Positions 13,006 through 26,488 of a stretch of DNA of 64,000 nt are shown piece after piece. This DNA comes from Octopus sinensis. Taxonomy: Eukaryota. The number at the start of each line of letters is the position of its first letter. Position 1 is the first letter of the stretch. Position numbers and translations under genes: made by a program. Where the stretch lies: NCBI RefSeq assembly GCF_006345805.1, contig NC_043009.1, positions 31,496,001 through 31,560,000 of the forward strand, given 5' to 3'. The notes below the pieces were generated by a model. It did no database searches. It was not told where the DNA came from and was given only the letters and a program-made list of their open reading frames with translations.

Positions 13006-13914
13006 CAGTCTCAGAAGGAAGATAAGTGCTATGTGTTCCAGTGCTGCATATATAATACGCTCCCAGTTACAGACGGTATCGGCTATGTTAATTACTATGA
13101 GGTCTGTCATTATTCAAAAGAAAATTACTGAATTACAGAAAACACATTTCTGTATTATAAGCAACAGGTGTAGTTGTATGTGTTTGTGTCCTGAAGAGAG
13201 TTGTCTAATACAAACCCCAATAAAAATAGGTTTTACTGCCTATGGTGTTTTGAGATGATTCATGATGGATCTTTGTCATGAGTTTTTGGTTGTTTGATTG
13301 TCCTTGTTATGTCTAATCCCAATGGCACCATGTTTACCCTTATTCCTAGTCCTACCTCCAAAGCACAATATGCCTTTGGAATCTCCAAACTGCTTATGTT
13401 CTTCCTACATGTGTTGTTGTATGACATTTCTAATGGAGCATTAGTGTTTTCAGATTCACTGATCTCAGAAGACTCTCAAATTTCATGGACACTGATCCTT
13501 CAACCACACTCAGCATGTGAAAATAAAATTTAAAAAATGATAACAAAATTCATCCTTTAGATCAGTGGTCCTTAACCCTTTCTTCCATATGGACCCCTTT
13601 GATTCTTATTTTACTCATATGGACCCCTATAGCCATTTGACATTTAAAAAAATTGTGAAAATGTTTTGCGCATTTGACCCCAGTGTTCAACTGGTACTTA
13701 ATTTACTGACCCAGAAAGTTGACCCAGGTGGTATTTGAACTCAGGAGGCAGCGACAGGAGAAAATAAGAGAGGTTGGAAATTCCCAACGGTTAATTAATT
13801 ATGCAACTAAAATCTAATTAGGAAATTAATTTTACAAAATTAGAAAAAAATTCTGAGAGATCAGTAACAATTCATGTTCCTGTTCATAAAGTGAGAAACA
13901 GAGAAAAAGTATTT

Positions 13915-14205
13915 TAGATGGGTATGTCATGATTGGACTCATAATGCCATGCATGACATGGATACCATGTTGTATCTGTGCCTGAGATGTCAGTCAGAGG
14001 AACAGTCCATCCTCTGACTGACACACTGGTCTGTGATTGGGCCAAAATACCAGTCATTTCTTGGGACTCATTTACAGCCGAGTACACTTTTAGCGATGTG
14101 AAATGAAGTGTCTTGCTCAAGAAAACAATGCACTGCCTGGCCCAAGAGTCGAAAATACAAACTTTTTATTGTGAATGCAACATACTAATCACTACATCCT
14201 ACCAC
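13915..14205 (-). mobile_element. Old tRNA-derived SINE
   Basis: Minus head GATGTAGTGATTAG...CACAATAAAAAGTTTGTATTTTCGACTCTTGGGCCAGG followed by CTTGAGCAAGACACTT. An almost identical head fragment is on + at about 10915-10985. Confidence 0.65.
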
Positions 14206-14897
14206 CACTTGACAACTTGTGTTGGTTTGTTTGCATCCTTGTAACTTAGCAGGTCATCAAAACAGACCAATAGAATAAGTACCAGACTGAAAGGAAAAAG
14301 GTAGTGGGGTCCATATGTTTAACTAAAAATTTAATAACGAGCATAAAAAACAAAATAAATAAAAGGAATTAAAATTCTTGGTTTCGGTCTTCTCCATCTT
14401 ATGACTGAACAATGGCTTTCTAAACAATTTTCTAACATTGTTGATTTAGTTAACCATTATAATTCTTAGAATGTCGACAGAAAGAAGCAAACCGTTCCAA
14501 CAGTCTTCTTTTATTATCTTTCTATCAACTGGTGTGTATCTTTCATAATTCCATTCTCTGTTTATCCAAATATCTCCAAATGAACTTTGACATTCATAAA
14601 GAATATTTCTGACTTTTCCCAAGACATCAACATCAATTCAAAATATATTCCAGTCTCTTCAGTTCTTGACTTCATTAAACCTTTAACACGTTTCTATGAA
14701 AATAAAATTTTTTAAAAAAGGGGTACAGTGATCAACACAAACAATAAGAAAATATGGTGGAAGAACTTGATATTTGTTTTTGTTTGTTGTTGTTTGGTTT
14801 ATCTGGGGAAAAATTTAACAAATATAATGCAATATAATCTATTTAACGAGGTATTCTATTTCGTCAGTTGTTATCACCTGATATTTTATTTCTTCAA

Positions 14898-15197
14898 TCA
14901 TCATCATCATTATCATCATCGTTGTCATCACTACCACCACCACCACCACCACCGCCGCCGCCGCCGCTACCGCCACCACCACCCCCGCCACTGCCGCTAC
15001 CACCACCACCACCACCATTACCATCCTTCTTTTCTTCTTCTTCTCTTCTTCTCCTTCTTCTCCTTCTTCTTCTCCTTCTTCTCCCCTTTCTTCTCCTTCT
15101 TCTTCTCCTTCTTTTTCTTCTTCTTCTTCTTCTCCTTCTTTTTCTTCTTCTTCTTCTTCTTCTTCTTCTTCTTCTTCTTCTTCTCCTTCTTCTTTTT

Positions 15198-15273
<76 letters not shown>

Positions 15274-15305
15274 TTATTATTATTATTACTACTACTATTA
15301 TTATT
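14898..15305. repeat. Compound trinucleotide array (CAT)(CAC)(CGC)-(CTT)-(ATT)
   Basis: Directly visible. Source of the poly-H/P/F/L ORFs 14728-15336 and 14868-15332. Confidence 0.95.
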
Positions 15306-16375
15306 TTGTATTATAATCTTCTATCAAGGTGAGTAAAACTATTTTCTGCCCCAAAAGATTTGCTCAATCAATATTTGCTATTGATCACATAGTGAGAACA
15401 TTGCCAGAAGCTAGGGAAATGGTACATTTGTGATTAACAATCTTTGCCCTGGATCAAATATCAAGTGTGTCTTTTCAAATATGTTTTATGGATTAAAAAG
15501 TACCCTCAAGTGACTGCAACTAAATTCAGATGCAGACACTATCAGCCACCCTTTCGTAAAAAAAGAAAAAAAAAAGAAAAAAAAAAGAAAAGAAAACCAG
15601 AAGATTCCATTTCCCTAAAGGAAGAGAAGGTGCGTTGCGATGGCTTCCTTTGTTTTCTTGTTATTTATCGACTGTGAGCAAAGAGAACAGTGCCATTGTA
15701 AACTGAAGGAGACAGCACTATCCTTTACCAAAATAGGTCTCTCTCTCATTCTTCCTCTCTCTTTGATTCTTTCTCTCTCCCTTTATGTCTGAAGGGGATA
15801 AAAATAAAACAAGAAATGTTAAAGAACATCAACAAATAAAAATTATTTTCCATTAAATTGGGGAAAAAAAATGTAAAAAAATAAAAATAGAAACAAATAT
15901 CAAACACAGGTAATTTAGATTCAATCAATTTATTTTTAAACTTTGATCGCAGATACTAAACTTGGTGCCAGTAGGTAGAATTATTGGTAAGGTAAGAAAT
16001 TCTTGTGTTTTTTTCTTAGGTTTCTTGGTTTTTTGCTTTAAGATTTGTTCATTTTGATCTCTGTTTTCTCTGTCTGTCTGTCTGTCTATCTGTCTCTTTG
16101 TCTGATTGTCAGTCTCTCATCAGCACCACCATCACCCCCATCATAACCTTCTCCACCACCATCTCCATCATCATCATCATCATCATGGTCTTTACTGTAG
16201 TCATCATTGTCATCACCACCACTACCACCACCACCACCACCACCACCACCACCACCACCACCACCACCACTAATACTACCATCATTTACATCTATTTTTC
16301 AATGATGGTATGGGCTAGACAGGTTTTCCTCTCTTTCATATATCATATACATAAGCATTTTTATGTATGCAGATA

Positions 16376-16407
<32 letters not shown>

Positions 16408-17029
16408 CACACACACACATTCACACATATACTAGGATCAACATGCACATATGCACACACACACACACACACACTGCACATGTGTATTAGCTAATAAAAG
16501 ACTTCTGGCATTTTACACTTAGTTCACTCCAGAGGAATACAAACTTAACCAAGAAAACTAAAAGAGATTGTGCAATATATTTCAAAGTATTTATAAGGTT
16601 AAAGGTTGAAGGTTAGAATATAAACAATATTTTATAGATATACTAAATAGTCATTTTCTTCAATATTGAAAAAAAAAAATTCATGTATATATATATTTAT
16701 TTACGTGTGTATGCATGTGTATGTGTGCGTGTGTGTCTGTATTTATGCATGCATACATATATATATTTATGCATGAATGTATGAATTTTGTATTTGAAAA
16801 TGCAGTGTGAAGTAGAATATAAATAACTTTTATTTGTAGAATAAATAGAAAGCCATGGATGTGGTGAGTATTCAAACTCTGAGTTATTTACTTTTGCATC
16901 TACACTTCATTAAAAAAAATATTAACATTTTATTTATTTTATTTTATTAATTTTTTTCACACTTTTTCTGGTTATGAGCAAATAGGAAGAGCATTGCCCA
17001 AGAATGGTACGAGGAATGCAGGAAACAAG

Positions 17030-17465
17030 GGATCTTTTCGGTCTGAACGGCAATTTTTTCTAGCGGTGTCATATGAAATTGTCACCCATAATTATGACCC
17101 TAGTATCGATCTATTGCATTTCAATCTATTTTAGGGTTAGGGTTAGTTAGGGTTAGGATTATGGTTAGGGGAGGGGAAGGGTATCTTTTTTTCTTCACAA
17201 ATGTAAATAAACCCAATCTGTTTCTTAAATGAGGGACATATTCATATGGCACAGAATGTTGTTTACCTCAATGGACGTCAGTGATTGGTTGAAATTATAG
17301 AAATTGAAGAAAAAAACAACAAATATCTTACAAACTATAGAATTTTCTCAATAAAGCCAAGAGAAAAAGATGTTTTATAAACACATTCTACTAGTATACG
17401 AAATTTAAAATTTTTTAGTTACCTAGAGATTATATTAAAAACTACTGTTCAAACCAAAAAGATCT
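17030..17465. mobile_element. 436-bp TIR element (MITE) carrying TTAGGG repeats, probable 8-bp TSD
   Basis: TIRs GGATCTTTTCGGTCTGAACGGCAATTTTT and AAAAACTACTGTTCAAACCAAAAAGATCT (23/29 complementary). Flanks GAAACAAG (17022-17029) and GAAACATG (17466-17473). TTAGGG-like array at 17131-17170. Confidence 0.85.
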
Positions 17466-17619
17466 GAAACATGTTTCCAAAATTTGACCTGACTCCAATG
17501 CACAAAAAGAGAATGGTGCTACCACCTGGTGTAAGACAGCACAAAATGTACCCAATAACAGCCGCTAGCATTTATCTAAGGGGCAGATTATGTCTACTAC
17601 AGAAAAACAGAAATAACAA

Positions 17620-17790
17620 GGTGCGCTGCCATGGCTGTGTGGTAAGAATCTTGCTTGGTTCAGGGTTCAGTTCCATAATGTGGCACCTTGAATAAGTGTC
17701 TTCTACTATAGCCTAGGACCAACCAAAGCTTTGTGAGTAGATTTGGCAGTTGGCAGAAAGAAATTGAAAAAAGACAATCATATATTTACA
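17620..17790 (+). mobile_element. Family-A SINE 5' fragment
   Basis: ATGGCTGTGTGGTAAG...GGTTCAGTTCC...AAGTGTCTTCTACTATAGCC. Confidence 0.7.
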
Positions 17791-17829
17791 TATATATACA
17801 TATATATATATATATATGGCTAGAAAAAT

Positions 17830-18945
17830 ACCCAGAACCACAACTTCATAATCACAGCACTGAAATTTATCCTCCAGAACAATTATTTCATGTTCGATAT
17901 AGTTTACTATCGACAAAATGTGGAATTACAATGGGAACTCGAGCTGTCCCAGTGACTGTGAACCTTGTAATGGGTTGTCTAGAACTTAAGATATACCAAT
18001 TAACACAACAAAAATATGAGGAGAACTGTAAAAGGTACTTAAATGATTACTTTATACTTTGGAACGATATCATGGACAAACTCCTCGATTTCAAAATAAT
18101 GCTCAACCATATCAAAAGCAAGATACAATTCACCATGGAACACAGCAATAAAAATTCCTTTTCTTGTCATCCGAATTAAAATAGTCAATAATTACATCAA
18201 AACGGATATCTTTTATAGACCCACAAATTCAAAACAATACCTATTACTCAAATCATGCCACCCCAAACACATAAAAATTAATATGCCTTATAATCTAGTG
18301 AAAAGAATTTGTATCATAGTTTCGGATACCAATACCTGTGGACTAAGATTCCATGAACTTAAATCAACTCTAATCAGGAGACATTACCCAACTGCATTAA
18401 TAGATGATGGGATGAAATGAGCAAAGGAATTAGACACAGAAATATTCAGGAAAGTTAGCCGAAATATGACACCAAATTTAAAAGTACTCCCATACACCTC
18501 CACACATAACCCAAGAAACAATTAAGCATTTGACATCATCATCCAAAATCTACCCATTCTCATTGGAGATAAAACAACGAACGAAATTTGGGGTCACACA
18601 AAATTATCAAAAGCAAAATGCAACCGAAATATTAACTGGCACAAGAATATATCCTTTAACAATGGAACCAAAAGTTGAATAATGCAGCTGGCCCATGTCA
18701 CATGCCCCCACCTTTTGGAGACTACAGAATTTTACGTCAAACAAGGTGAAATATTCAAGATAAAGTCAAATTTTACTCGTGCATCTGCAAACCTAATCTA
18801 TGTTATTACCTGCTTAGGTTGCGGAAACCACTATATAGGTCAAACACGAATGTCCCTCAGGAAAAGAACAACACTTTACAAAGAACAAATCCACTTCCCA
18901 CAATGTACACAAATACAGGTCAGTGAGCACATAGATAGATTCCGC
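17830..18945 (+). mobile_element. Penelope-like element remnant (RT C-half plus GIY-YIG endonuclease), frameshifted
   Basis: Reads GITMGTRAVPVTVNLVMGCLE...KRYLNDYFILW...LNHIKSKIQFTME (PLE RT motifs), then TDIFYRPT...YLLLKSCHPKHIK, then NLIYVITCLGCGNHYIGQTRMSLRKR (GIY-YIG). Confidence 0.92.
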
Positions 18946-19079
18946 CGATGTTGACTTTGCCTTTCATCCTTTCAGGGTCGATAAATTAAGTACCAGTTAT
19001 GCACTGGGGTCGATGTAATCGACTTAATCCGTTTATCTGTCCTTGTTTGTCCCCTCTGTGTGTAGCCCCTTGTGGGTAG

Positions 19080-19085
<6 letters not shown>
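18941..19085 (+). mobile_element. Family-B SINE 3' half abutting the PLE remnant
   Basis: ATTCCGCCGATGTTGACTTTGCCTTTCATCC...GCCCCTTGTGGGTAGTAAA. Followed by (ATT)n and a second degenerate head at 19133-19215. Confidence 0.85.
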
Positions 19086-19132
<47 letters not shown>

Positions 19133-20299
19133 GGCAGTGAGCTGGTAGAAGTCTTTGTATGCTGGACAAAATGCTGAACAGAATTGCATCTGTTTTTGTG
19201 TTCTGAGTTCAAATTGATCATTAAGGGATGATGATGATGATGATACATGTGTGAATAGGCATGTGTGTGTGTGTGCATATGTGTGTATGTGTGTGTGCAT
19301 GTTTTCCACAGAGCTAAGCCAAGAAACAATAACACAGAGTACATTAGAATGCAGTGCTTAGAATCTGGTTTGAACTAATGACCTCAACACAAACAATGTG
19401 AGTCAACGAAACGTACCTCTCAACGGGCATAATTAAAATATTGATAGTATTAACCTTACTCTCTTAGAATAATTGCAAATGATATTGAGTTTGTCTGTTG
19501 TAATGACATATTGACATGAAGAATATTTATCTTGAGACTCTGAACAAAGAACAGATTCTCTAAGTGTTGCCATATATTTCTGTATTGGCATATTTGGCAG
19601 CTGTAATGGTGAAGAAAAGCAGTTCTTTTAAATTGGATGTCATTAAGAACATGGTTGATTCAGAGCAAATGTATGATTGACAGATGTTTGAATGTCCCCC
19701 TCCCCATATAACTTCATTAATTATCTCATGTAGATTTTTTCTTTCTTTTTTTTTGGTCAAGATAACGATTTGTCTAGCATTCTTGAAAAGTCCATGAATT
19801 AAGCAATGTTATTAAATTATGCTGAGATATTCTGGAGATTGTCAGAACAATTTCTTTTATCACTGCACTAAGAAGAAAAACAATTGACATTTTAGCTTCC
19901 AAATCTCTTGCCTCTTTATCTTAGGAATGTTATTTTCTACTGAAAGCTCTTATTAATTAGTAATGAATGTCGTTATTAATTAGTAAATTGGTTAGGGATT
20001 TATCGCTTGTTGAATATAATGAACCTGCAAAAATTATAGAATTATGGAAATAACTCTGCATAATTATTATTTCATCTTTTTATACAGGTACACTATATCA
20101 TTATTATACAGATATGTCACCTTAAAATTTTACAGGTGTGCAGATCTATTACATTATAGACATATAGCTTTGCTACATTATATTTATACAGGTGTATTAT
20201 TTGATAATTGTACACCTGCACCTGCTATCATACAGACTTTATATGTTACATCACACACTTTTACTGCAATATATTATGCAGGTGTTAATTTTTATCTGT

Positions 20300-20670
20300 T
20301 TTACTTATTTTAGTCATTAGACTGCGACCATGCTGGAACTCCACCTTGAAGGATTTTTCTAGTCAAATGAATTGACCTCAGAACTTATTTCTTTTCTTCT
20401 TTATAAGCCTGGTACTTATTCAGTCAGTCTTTTTTGCTGAACGATTAAGTTACAGGGATGTAAACACACCAACACCAGTTGTCAAGAGGTGATGAGGGAG
20501 AAGTACAAACACAAGGACTCGCATACACACACATATATGTACATACCCAGCAAGCTTCTCAGCCTGAGACTTTAATAGAAGACACTTGACTAAGGTGCCA
20601 GGCAGTGGGACTGAACCTGGAATGATGGGGTTAGCAAGCAAACTTCTTACCACACAGCCACGCCTTCAAA
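20300..20670 (-). mobile_element. Family-A SINE
   Basis: Tail, middle and head all match 495-906, with divergence. Confidence 0.8.
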
Positions 20671-20734
20671 TTCACTCAACAAGGTTTGGTCGACTCAGAG
20701 CCTTATTGAATGACAATTGGCCAAGTGAATATCA

Positions 20735-21140
20735 AAGGTTCAGGTTTGGCTGTGTTGTAAGAAGCTTGCTTCCTGAACATGCGATTTTGGTTTCAGTCCC
20801 ACTGAGTGGCACCTTGGGCAAGTGTCTTCTGTTAAAGTCTCAGGTCAGCTAAAGCCTTGTGAATGGATTTAGGAGATGGAAACTGAAAGAAGCCTATCAT
20901 ATGAGTGTGTGTGTCTTTGTGTCTGTGTTTGTTCTCACCACCTCTTGACAACCGGTGTTGGTGTGTTTACATCCCCATAAGCTAGTAGTTTAGTCAAATA
21001 GACCACACCGATAGAATAAGTACCAGGTTTGCAAAAAAGTAGAAAATGAAGTGCTGGGGTTGATTCATTCAACTATAAATTTTTCCAAGCTGGTGCCCCA
21101 GCATGGCCACAATCTAATGACTGAAACAAGTAAAACGTAA
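20735..21140 (+). mobile_element. Family-A SINE, head-to-head with the previous copy
   Basis: GGCTGTGTTGTAAGAAGCTTGCTTCC...GGCACCTTGGGCAAGTGTCTTCT...TGACTGAAACAAGTAAAA. Confidence 0.85.
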
Positions 21141-21250
21141 ATGGCAAGAAGTAGAATGTAAGACACACAGACATGATTTCTGCTCATTTCATATTTCTAA
21201 GAATCCACAATAAACCATTGTTGTAGAGTAATTAATTACTTTGCACTAAT

Positions 21251-21429
21251 TAAGTTTAGAATTAATCCCTGTCTTTCCCTCTGAGTGTGTTCCCCATAAA
21301 AGGTGAGTTAATTATTGGGCTTCAAAGATTTATAAGAGGAATCCCATAATGACCAAGAAGTGTGTCTGAAATGCTTCCATTTATGGGGAACACACAAAGA
21401 TGGAAAGACAAGGATTCATTCTAAACTTA
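21251..21429. mobile_element. 179-bp MITE with 50-bp TIRs
   Basis: Arms 21251-21300 and 21380-21429 are 45/50 complementary and begin and end in TA. Confidence 0.8.
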
Positions 21430-22614
21430 TGTTCAAGGAATAGCATTTTCCTGCAAATTTCCATGTTTTTATATTTGAGTTGCTTTATATTTAAGTCTTT
21501 TAGCAACAGTCTAAAAATATTGATATATCAGTTACTGGAAAGCAAATATTAACTTTTAGCTCCATTATAAATTCATAACAAAATGAGGATACTTTTACAG
21601 TTCTTCCAATGCATATTTCTGCAGCAGGAAGCTGAATTCCATCATCTGGATTTCAGGTGATTTACTTATCTTTTATTTTAGAATGCTCATGTGTCTCTTT
21701 ATTGCGAAAGAGATGAAAAATACATCCCATCGGCTACACTAAAGCTAAGAACCTTTCTTGCCTTCAGAACACATGAAATAAAAGAAAGAAACATTGATAA
21801 ATTTTGTTAGCTGTCATTCTCAATTTAGCAACTGTTGACAGTTAACAGGTTTTTCACAGCATAAAAATGATCCTATATAAATCCTCTATACACTGTCCAT
21901 TAGTTGCAATGTCAAATTTCACTAAAATCTTTCAAAGAAAGCTCTTCTCTGGTAACTAAAAGCAACAGATTTACCCTTTATGCTGCAACCTATGAGCATA
22001 TATATAAAATAAAAATGTTGTTTAATATTAGCACAAATATATGTTTAGAACAGAAGTGAAGTATTATTGTAATATTTTAGAAAATTTCTAAACAAAAGTG
22101 AATAAATACCTAGTGTTTACTGAATTTTTGCCCAGAACAGTTAAGACTGCAGGAATTGATTAAATTTCCATTGGGTTTGCCCATTTTTGGTTACAATAGA
22201 GGCATATGGTGAATTATCTTAGTATAAGTAAAAAGATTCTCAAAGGTAGACTCGTATTTGGTGAATAAATAAGTTACTGAGAGACCCTAAAAAATCAGTA
22301 AATTTGAATTTGTAAAAGAAATTCCATTTATAATGATTAATGTTCAAATCCAAGTCCATCATATGGAATTGGCCATTCAGAAAAACTGGCAACTAAGGCA
22401 ATATTAACAGAACGGGAACACAAACCTGACAGCAAAAATTACAGACATCAAAACACCATCAATCTAATATCTTTGGAAGCATTTTTACAGAATTTAGCAT
22501 CATGTGTGCAGTGTTGATACTCCTAAGAGATTTTATATATATATATATATATATATAAATATATTACACATGTGTTTATAATCTGCATATGAGTACCAGC
22601 ATGAATATACATAT

Positions 22615-22646
<32 letters not shown>

Positions 22647-22698
22647 GAATATAAATGTGTATGTATGTATATATATGTATATATATATATGTGCATAT

Positions 22699-22746
<48 letters not shown>

Positions 22747-23454
22747 TGTATGTGCATATATGTGTGTGTGTGTATACATATACATATAGATACATACATA
22801 CATACATACATATATGTATATATACATACACACACACATATACATATATATACACATATATACACAACTACACACACATATATGAACACACAGAAAGAGA
22901 CATACACTGCAAGCCATTTACTCTGTAAACTTATTTTCTGTGCATCAGTAGTTACCAAATTCTTAACTAGCAAATGGTCAATTATGAAAGCATCGATTCC
23001 TTTCTTAGTTGAAAACCTAAAAGAACAGACGGTTCTGGTGAATGTAATGGTTGGGAAGCAAACAGAATTCAAATATTGGTAAACAGAATCCTATAGACAC
23101 ATAAACTCTGTGAAGAATATAAACTCACAATGTCAAATAGCCAAAATCACTAACTCATTACAAACAAGATGTGTATGTGTGTGTGTATGTGTGTGTATGT
23201 GTATTAAATATATCCCTATCAATAGAGACATTTAGGTATAGATCTCTCCACCCCTCTCTCTCTCTCACTCTATATATATACACACAAATATATATATACA
23301 TATATATACATACATACATACATACAGACAGACATACATACATACAAATACATATATATATACATATACATATACACACATATACATTATTACACTTGCA
23401 TATAGAAGCAAATACACACATGCATGAGTGTGTGTGTGTATATATATATGGATA

Positions 23455-23495
<41 letters not shown>

Positions 23496-23721
23496 GGACA
23501 TGTATATATATATATATATGCATATAAGCACACACAAGCATACACATATTCATGCACATATACACACACACACATGTATATGTATTTATTGAAGAGCACA
23601 CAAACAAATGAGATTTTAAACAGTAACATATTTCTTCATTTTACATAGATTCAAGCAGATTCAAAGAGTTACACGTATGTGTGTGTCTGTGTATGTATAT
23701 GCATGTATATATGTATATATA

Positions 23722-23791
<70 letters not shown>

Positions 23792-23849
23792 TATATATAT
23801 ATTTATATATTTATATTTATTTATACATATACACACACATATATATGTA

Positions 23850-24480
23850 TATTGGGTCATCCCATACATAATGCGTTTTTTTTCAATTGCATGAACTAAA
23901 TGTTGGAGGGGGATGGGATAAATCACCTGCATCAACTTGCTATTAAAGCAGGTAGTAATTTTACCTTATCCTTATTCTTAGTGCAAGTTTTGAAGAGTGC
24001 AGATTTTAACAGTTATTTTTTCAAAGCTATAATGTAAGTGGTGAAGGAGCATAGTCAGCATATTTTGCTCTTATGAGTTCAATAAAGGCAAAAATGCAAT
24101 GGAAAGTGCGAGGAAAATTAATTTATGTTATGGGGATTGGACACTAAGCGTAAGCCAGAGTCAACGGTGGTTCCAGAAATTCCAAGCCAGAAACTACAGT
24201 CTAGAAGACAAGCCTCATCCTAGATGATCTGTAGAGCTCAACGAGGATGTTTTGCAAAACCTGGTGGAACAAAATCCCATTGTAACTGTTGAGGAACTAG
24301 CTGAGAAGCTTGGATTTGGTCATTCAACCATTCATCGACACCTGTGTGCCATCAGAAGTCAACAAATTGGGTCAGTGCGATCCTCACAAATTTCCAAGTC
24401 TAATCACATACAGAGAGTGAATGAGTGCTCTTCTATGTTGTCACGTCTCACAAATGAACCTCTCTTTGGACCAAATAGTG
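23850..24480 (+). mobile_element. Mariner 5' half (TIR plus HTH domains), truncated at the first catalytic motif
   Basis: TIR TATTGGGTCATCCCATACATAATGCG at 23850. Translation includes EFNKGKNAMESARKIN...QRWFQKF...LVEQNPIVTVEELAEKLGFGHSTIHRHL...KLGQCDPH. Confidence 0.9.
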
Positions 24481-24510
24481 AATTAATAGTTCCTGATAGT
24501 TCACCATTTT

Positions 24511-24970
24511 TATACAATAATAACTATATACTATATCATGATAATAATATATATACTCCAACATTTATCTAAACAGTTGACTGGTAAACGATGAGCTAAC
24601 TTACATCTAGAATCGAACCCACAGATCAATGCTAACATGAATTATTGTACATTGGATTTATTTATAGCTATTATAGTAAAAAAATGGCTTTTGTAGTCAC
24701 TTTTCCTCTGTAACATATCTAGTCTACAGATCTGTTTACAAATATTATATGCAGTTCTAGACAGTGAAGTATCTACACATTAATTTGACTGAAAATTAAT
24801 GGGTGAGCGTTCTGGCACAATCAGATGCACAAAGAGCCATGTTAGCGTTGATTTGTGGGTTTGATTCTAGCTGGTAGTTAGCTAATTATTTTTCAGTCAG
24901 TTATTTAGATAAATGTTAATCGGAGTATATATGTTATTATTATTATGATATATCATTATATTGTCATTAT

Positions 24971-24977
<7 letters not shown>
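24511..24977. mobile_element. Foldback/MITE with ~130-bp inverted arms
   Basis: Arms are about 24511-24639 and 24838-24977. TATATACTCC..AACATTTATCTAAA...TAGAATC.AACCCACA.ATCAA.GCTAACATG is present in both, in opposite orientation. Confidence 0.8.
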
Positions 24978-25018
<41 letters not shown>

Positions 25019-25034
25019 CCTCAAAGTCGTCATC

Positions 25035-25330
25035 ATCATCATCATCATTTAACATCTGTTGTCCATGCTAGCATGGGTTGGACAGTTTGTCTGGGCTGGC
25101 ATGCTGGAAGTCTACACCAAGATCCAGTCTGATTTGACATGATTTTCTACAGCTGGATGCCCTTCCTAATGCCAACAACTCTGAGTGTGTAATGGGTGCT
25201 TTTACATACCCCCAACATGGGTGCTATTTGCATGACACCTATCTGCTGCAACTGCAATTTTGCTTGGCTTGATGGGTCTTCTTCTCAAGCATGACAATAC
25301 CAAAGTCCCTGGTCGTTGCCTCCATGAAGC
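25035..25330 (-). mobile_element. RTE LINE 3' UTR fragment
   Basis: (CAT)n TTTAACATC...CCATGCTAGCATGGGTTGGAC...CTGGATGCCCTTCCTAATGCCAAC. Confidence 0.8.
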
Positions 25331-25515
25331 CCATATATATATATATATATATAAACAAATTCAAAATGCGATAAAATAAAATTAATTATTTTCGCTGGTG
25401 TTTCTATATATATATATAACTAAAGGATAAACTGTTTTGAATGGTACAACATCAACTTTACAATCAATACACAATGCTTCAAGTGAACTACAATACTCTC
25501 ATATATATATATATA

Positions 25516-26488
25516 TCATCATCATCGTCGTTTAACGTCCGTTCTCCATGCTAGCATGGGTTGGACGGTTCGACCGGGGATCTGGGAAGCCAGAAGGCTG
25601 CACCAGGCTCCAGTCTCATCTAGCAGTGTTTCTACAGCTGGATGCCCTTCCTAACGCCAACCACTCCGTGAGTGTAGTGGGTGCTTTTTACGTGCCACCT
25701 GCACAGGTGCCAGGCGAGGCTGGCAACGGCCACGGTCGGATTGGTGTATTTTATGTGCCACCGGCACGGAAGCCAGACGAGGCGGTGCTGGCATCGGCCA
25801 CGAGTCGGATGGTGCTTTTTACGTACCACCAGACCAGGGATCCTGGTTGGTTCAATTCGATTTCGATTTCGCTTGCCCCAACATGTCTTCGCAAGCAAGG
25901 GGGTTGGCATGGGTGCCTGTTGTACGGTCAGATTGGTGTATTTTACGTGCCACCGGCACGGAAGCCAGTGGAGGCGGCACTGGCATCGGCCATGAGTCGG
26001 ATAGTGCTTTTTACGTACCACCAGACCAGGGAACCTGGCTGGTTCGATTCGATTTCGCTTGCCCCAACATGTCTTCGCAAGCAAGGGGGTTGGCATGGGT
26101 GCCTGTCGTACGGTCAGATTGGTGTATTTTACGTGCCACCGGCACAGAAGCCAGTGGAGGCGGCGCTGGCATCGGCCACGAGTCGGATAGTGCTTTTTAC
26201 GTACCACCAGACCAGGGATCCTGGCTGGTTCAATTCGATTTTGACTTCGATTTCGATTTCGATTTCGCTTGCCCCAACATGTCTTCGCAAGCATGGGTGC
26301 CTGTCGTCGGATGAGGTTCTATATCGACTTCGCTTGCCTCAACAGGTCTTTGTGTCCAAGGGAGGAAAGGCATTCATAAGTGGGCTGGGCTCACTTGTCC
26401 TGCCTGGTCTTCTCACGTACAGAATATTTCCAAAGGTCTCGGTCGCTGGTCATTTCCTCAGTGAGGCCTAAAGTTCGAAGGTCGTGCT

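Noticed and set aside
17131-17170. True telomere or chromosome-fusion scar
   Set aside because: The array is short, degenerate and internal to a TIR element.
19674-19683. Pbx/Meis decamer TGATTGACAG
   Set aside because: By my rough estimate about 0.1-0.2 such hits are expected by chance in 64 kb, and there is no conservation evidence.
25734-26300. CRISPR-like regularly spaced repeats
   Set aside because: Whole units are repeated with no unique spacers; eukaryotic LINE UTR context.
25548-26471. 307-aa ORF, the longest in the window
   Set aside because: It lies antisense within an RTE 3' UTR and consists of three translated tandem repeat units, with no recognisable domain.
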